A stretch of 64,000 bases of DNA, from contig OX597838.1 in assembly GCA_951406725.2 (NCBI GenBank), positions 4,092,001 through 4,156,000 on the forward strand, read 5' to 3'. The position numbers and the translations under genes were made by a program. Below the pieces are notes generated by a model. It was not told the origin of the DNA and did not search any database. It saw only the letters and a program-made list of their open reading frames with translations. The stretch is from Octopus vulgaris. Taxonomy: Eukaryota. Position 1 is the stretch's first letter. Each line of letters starts with the position of its first letter. Shown here one piece after another: positions 62,266 to 64,000 of this stretch.

Positions 62266-62483
62266 TTGAACCCTTCTGATACCAAACCGCACGAAGCCAC
62301 CTCTGGCTCTGTAGTACAAATGTCTTGTTTTCAAAAGTTTTGAATAAAAATCTTCCACCAAACCTTAGTCACGATTTATGTTCCTAACATTAGCTTAGTT
62401 ATTTTACTAAACTCTGTTATATTTAAAATTAATTGAAAGAAACTCAGAGCATCTCAAGAGAAATATAGTAACAAAAGGGTTAA
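62266..62483. mobile_element. TTAA-flanked piggyBac-type MITE family 1 (opposite orientation to 17720-17939)
   Basis: Reverse-complement match to 17720-17939; terminal aacccttc../aaagggttaa. Confidence 0.75.
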
Positions 62484-64000
62484 ACCCAAATTTCAACAGG
62501 TTAGGATCCTAAAAATAGTCTAGAAATTTATTTATAGAAATTTATTTATTTGCATTGGTAGACATGTATGCGGTAGATTTTCAATCAATATAAGAAATAT
62601 ATCGTTAATTCTAATTACAGATAGTGAAGCCAGAGTCAATGGTACCATAAAACTTCAGAATGAAGGATTTTGTATATCAAACCGACAGTCCTGTACGATC
62701 ATGAATGAATTTGGTGGGCAAAAACTGGAAGAAGCATGGATGAATCTATATTACCACCGCTTGACAACCAGTGTTGGTTTATTTATGTTCCCAAAATTTA
62801 GAGGGTTAATAGAATAAGCATCAGGTTTTAAAAGAAAAGTACAGGGGTTAAATTCTTTGACTAAACCCTTTGAAGCAGTGCCTTAGCCGAAGCCTAAAGA
62901 ATGAAACAAGGTAAAAGATATACTTTAGAGGAGACAAGGCAAATGTTGCTGAGTAAAGTAAAACTTTCTAAAAAACATTCTAAAGGCAACTCTGTGAAAC
63001 TCTGTGATAATGTCAATTTAGTGGGGTACACTGAGTACACAATGGTAGAGGCAAAGCTGACAAGAGACAATTGCTAAAGGAAAGAAGCAGTCTGAATAGT
63101 TGCTACATAAAAGAGCAGCAGTAAGAGAATCACTGCCACCAGCCTACCTAAATTGGAATGCCAGCCATACAGGTTGGTGAAACATGAGTAAGCACTCAAA
63201 GAAAACAAGACAGGTAAGTCAAGGCAGTAAAGGATTACTTGTAGAAGATACCAGATAATCAAATGAAATGAAAAAAAAAACCAGAAAAAGCTTTCAGTTA
63301 TTGATTATTTTCGAATTAACCAATACAACAGTTAAAATTAGAAGTTAACCAAAACAGCATGCTTGCAATGAAAGCTGATGGGAGAGAAACCGAGGAAAGA
63401 CTAGACAAGAGAAAGGTCAAGGTTTATCACAATGACTAACAGTATTTTAACCAAGATTAGTACTTTTTGTATACCTAAGCCTACGGTTTCCATTGAAGGA
63501 ATTTAGCTGCTCTATCTAGCGAGTCGATTATAGAAAGATTGGCAAGAGATGATGGTAGTAGTTGAGATTCCTATATCACAGGAGGATTGTAAATGTTAAA
63601 GAAACTGATATACAACAGAATGCATTATCAGTTCACTAAATTTAGGACCCAAAGAACAGGATTCCATATGCAAGATATTGAGAGGACTGACTGCATTCCA
63701 TTATCATGCTGTCCTTCAATGTCAACCCTTAAACTTAGAAAATGTATACACCCATGAGGACTTTTATCTGATTTCATTGTAGACTTCAAAACTAAGAGAT
63801 TATGGAGGAAACCTGTACGAAACTAATAATAGTAACATTTTTTTACAGACCAACTTCATAAAAGCACAGTTAAGTATGTAGGTAATACAACTCTGATAGG
63901 TACATAAAGTACATTGGTATTAAGTGTACTGGACAGCTGATATTAAGAGCAGCTTAAGACCAAAGGTTACGGCAGGCATAGTTTGTAGCAACAAACCAAT

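Overview
AT-rich, repeat-dense eukaryotic DNA, most likely octopus (inferred from the SINE families). Three genes or gene-like loci are visible. (1) The 5' part of METTL14, the m6A-writer subunit: coding exons 1-4 on the minus strand (6834->198), continuing off the left edge. (2) A Helitron RepHel-derived locus on the plus strand, head-to-head with METTL14. It has an uninterrupted 992-aa ORF (10442-13420) with 23-aa STPR-like repeats, a Zn-finger and the Rep domain, but its HUH and second catalytic Tyr residues are substituted and the downstream PIF1 helicase is pseudogenised. This is a candidate domesticated, nuclease-dead Helitron Rep gene. (3) UBE2D/effete-type E2 on the minus strand, coding exons 2-6 (60934->25938; exon 1 lies beyond the right edge), with a probable long U-rich 3'UTR. 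Introns and intergenic DNA hold at least three SINE families, TTAA (piggyBac-type) and hAT-type MITEs, mariner/Tc1 and LINE remnants, a 5S rRNA pseudogene, and palindromic tRNA-headed elements whose tails match a Penelope-type minimal hammerhead ribozyme. Most short ORFs in the supplied track are artefacts of microsatellites or SINEs. Homology calls rest on recalled motifs, not database searches.
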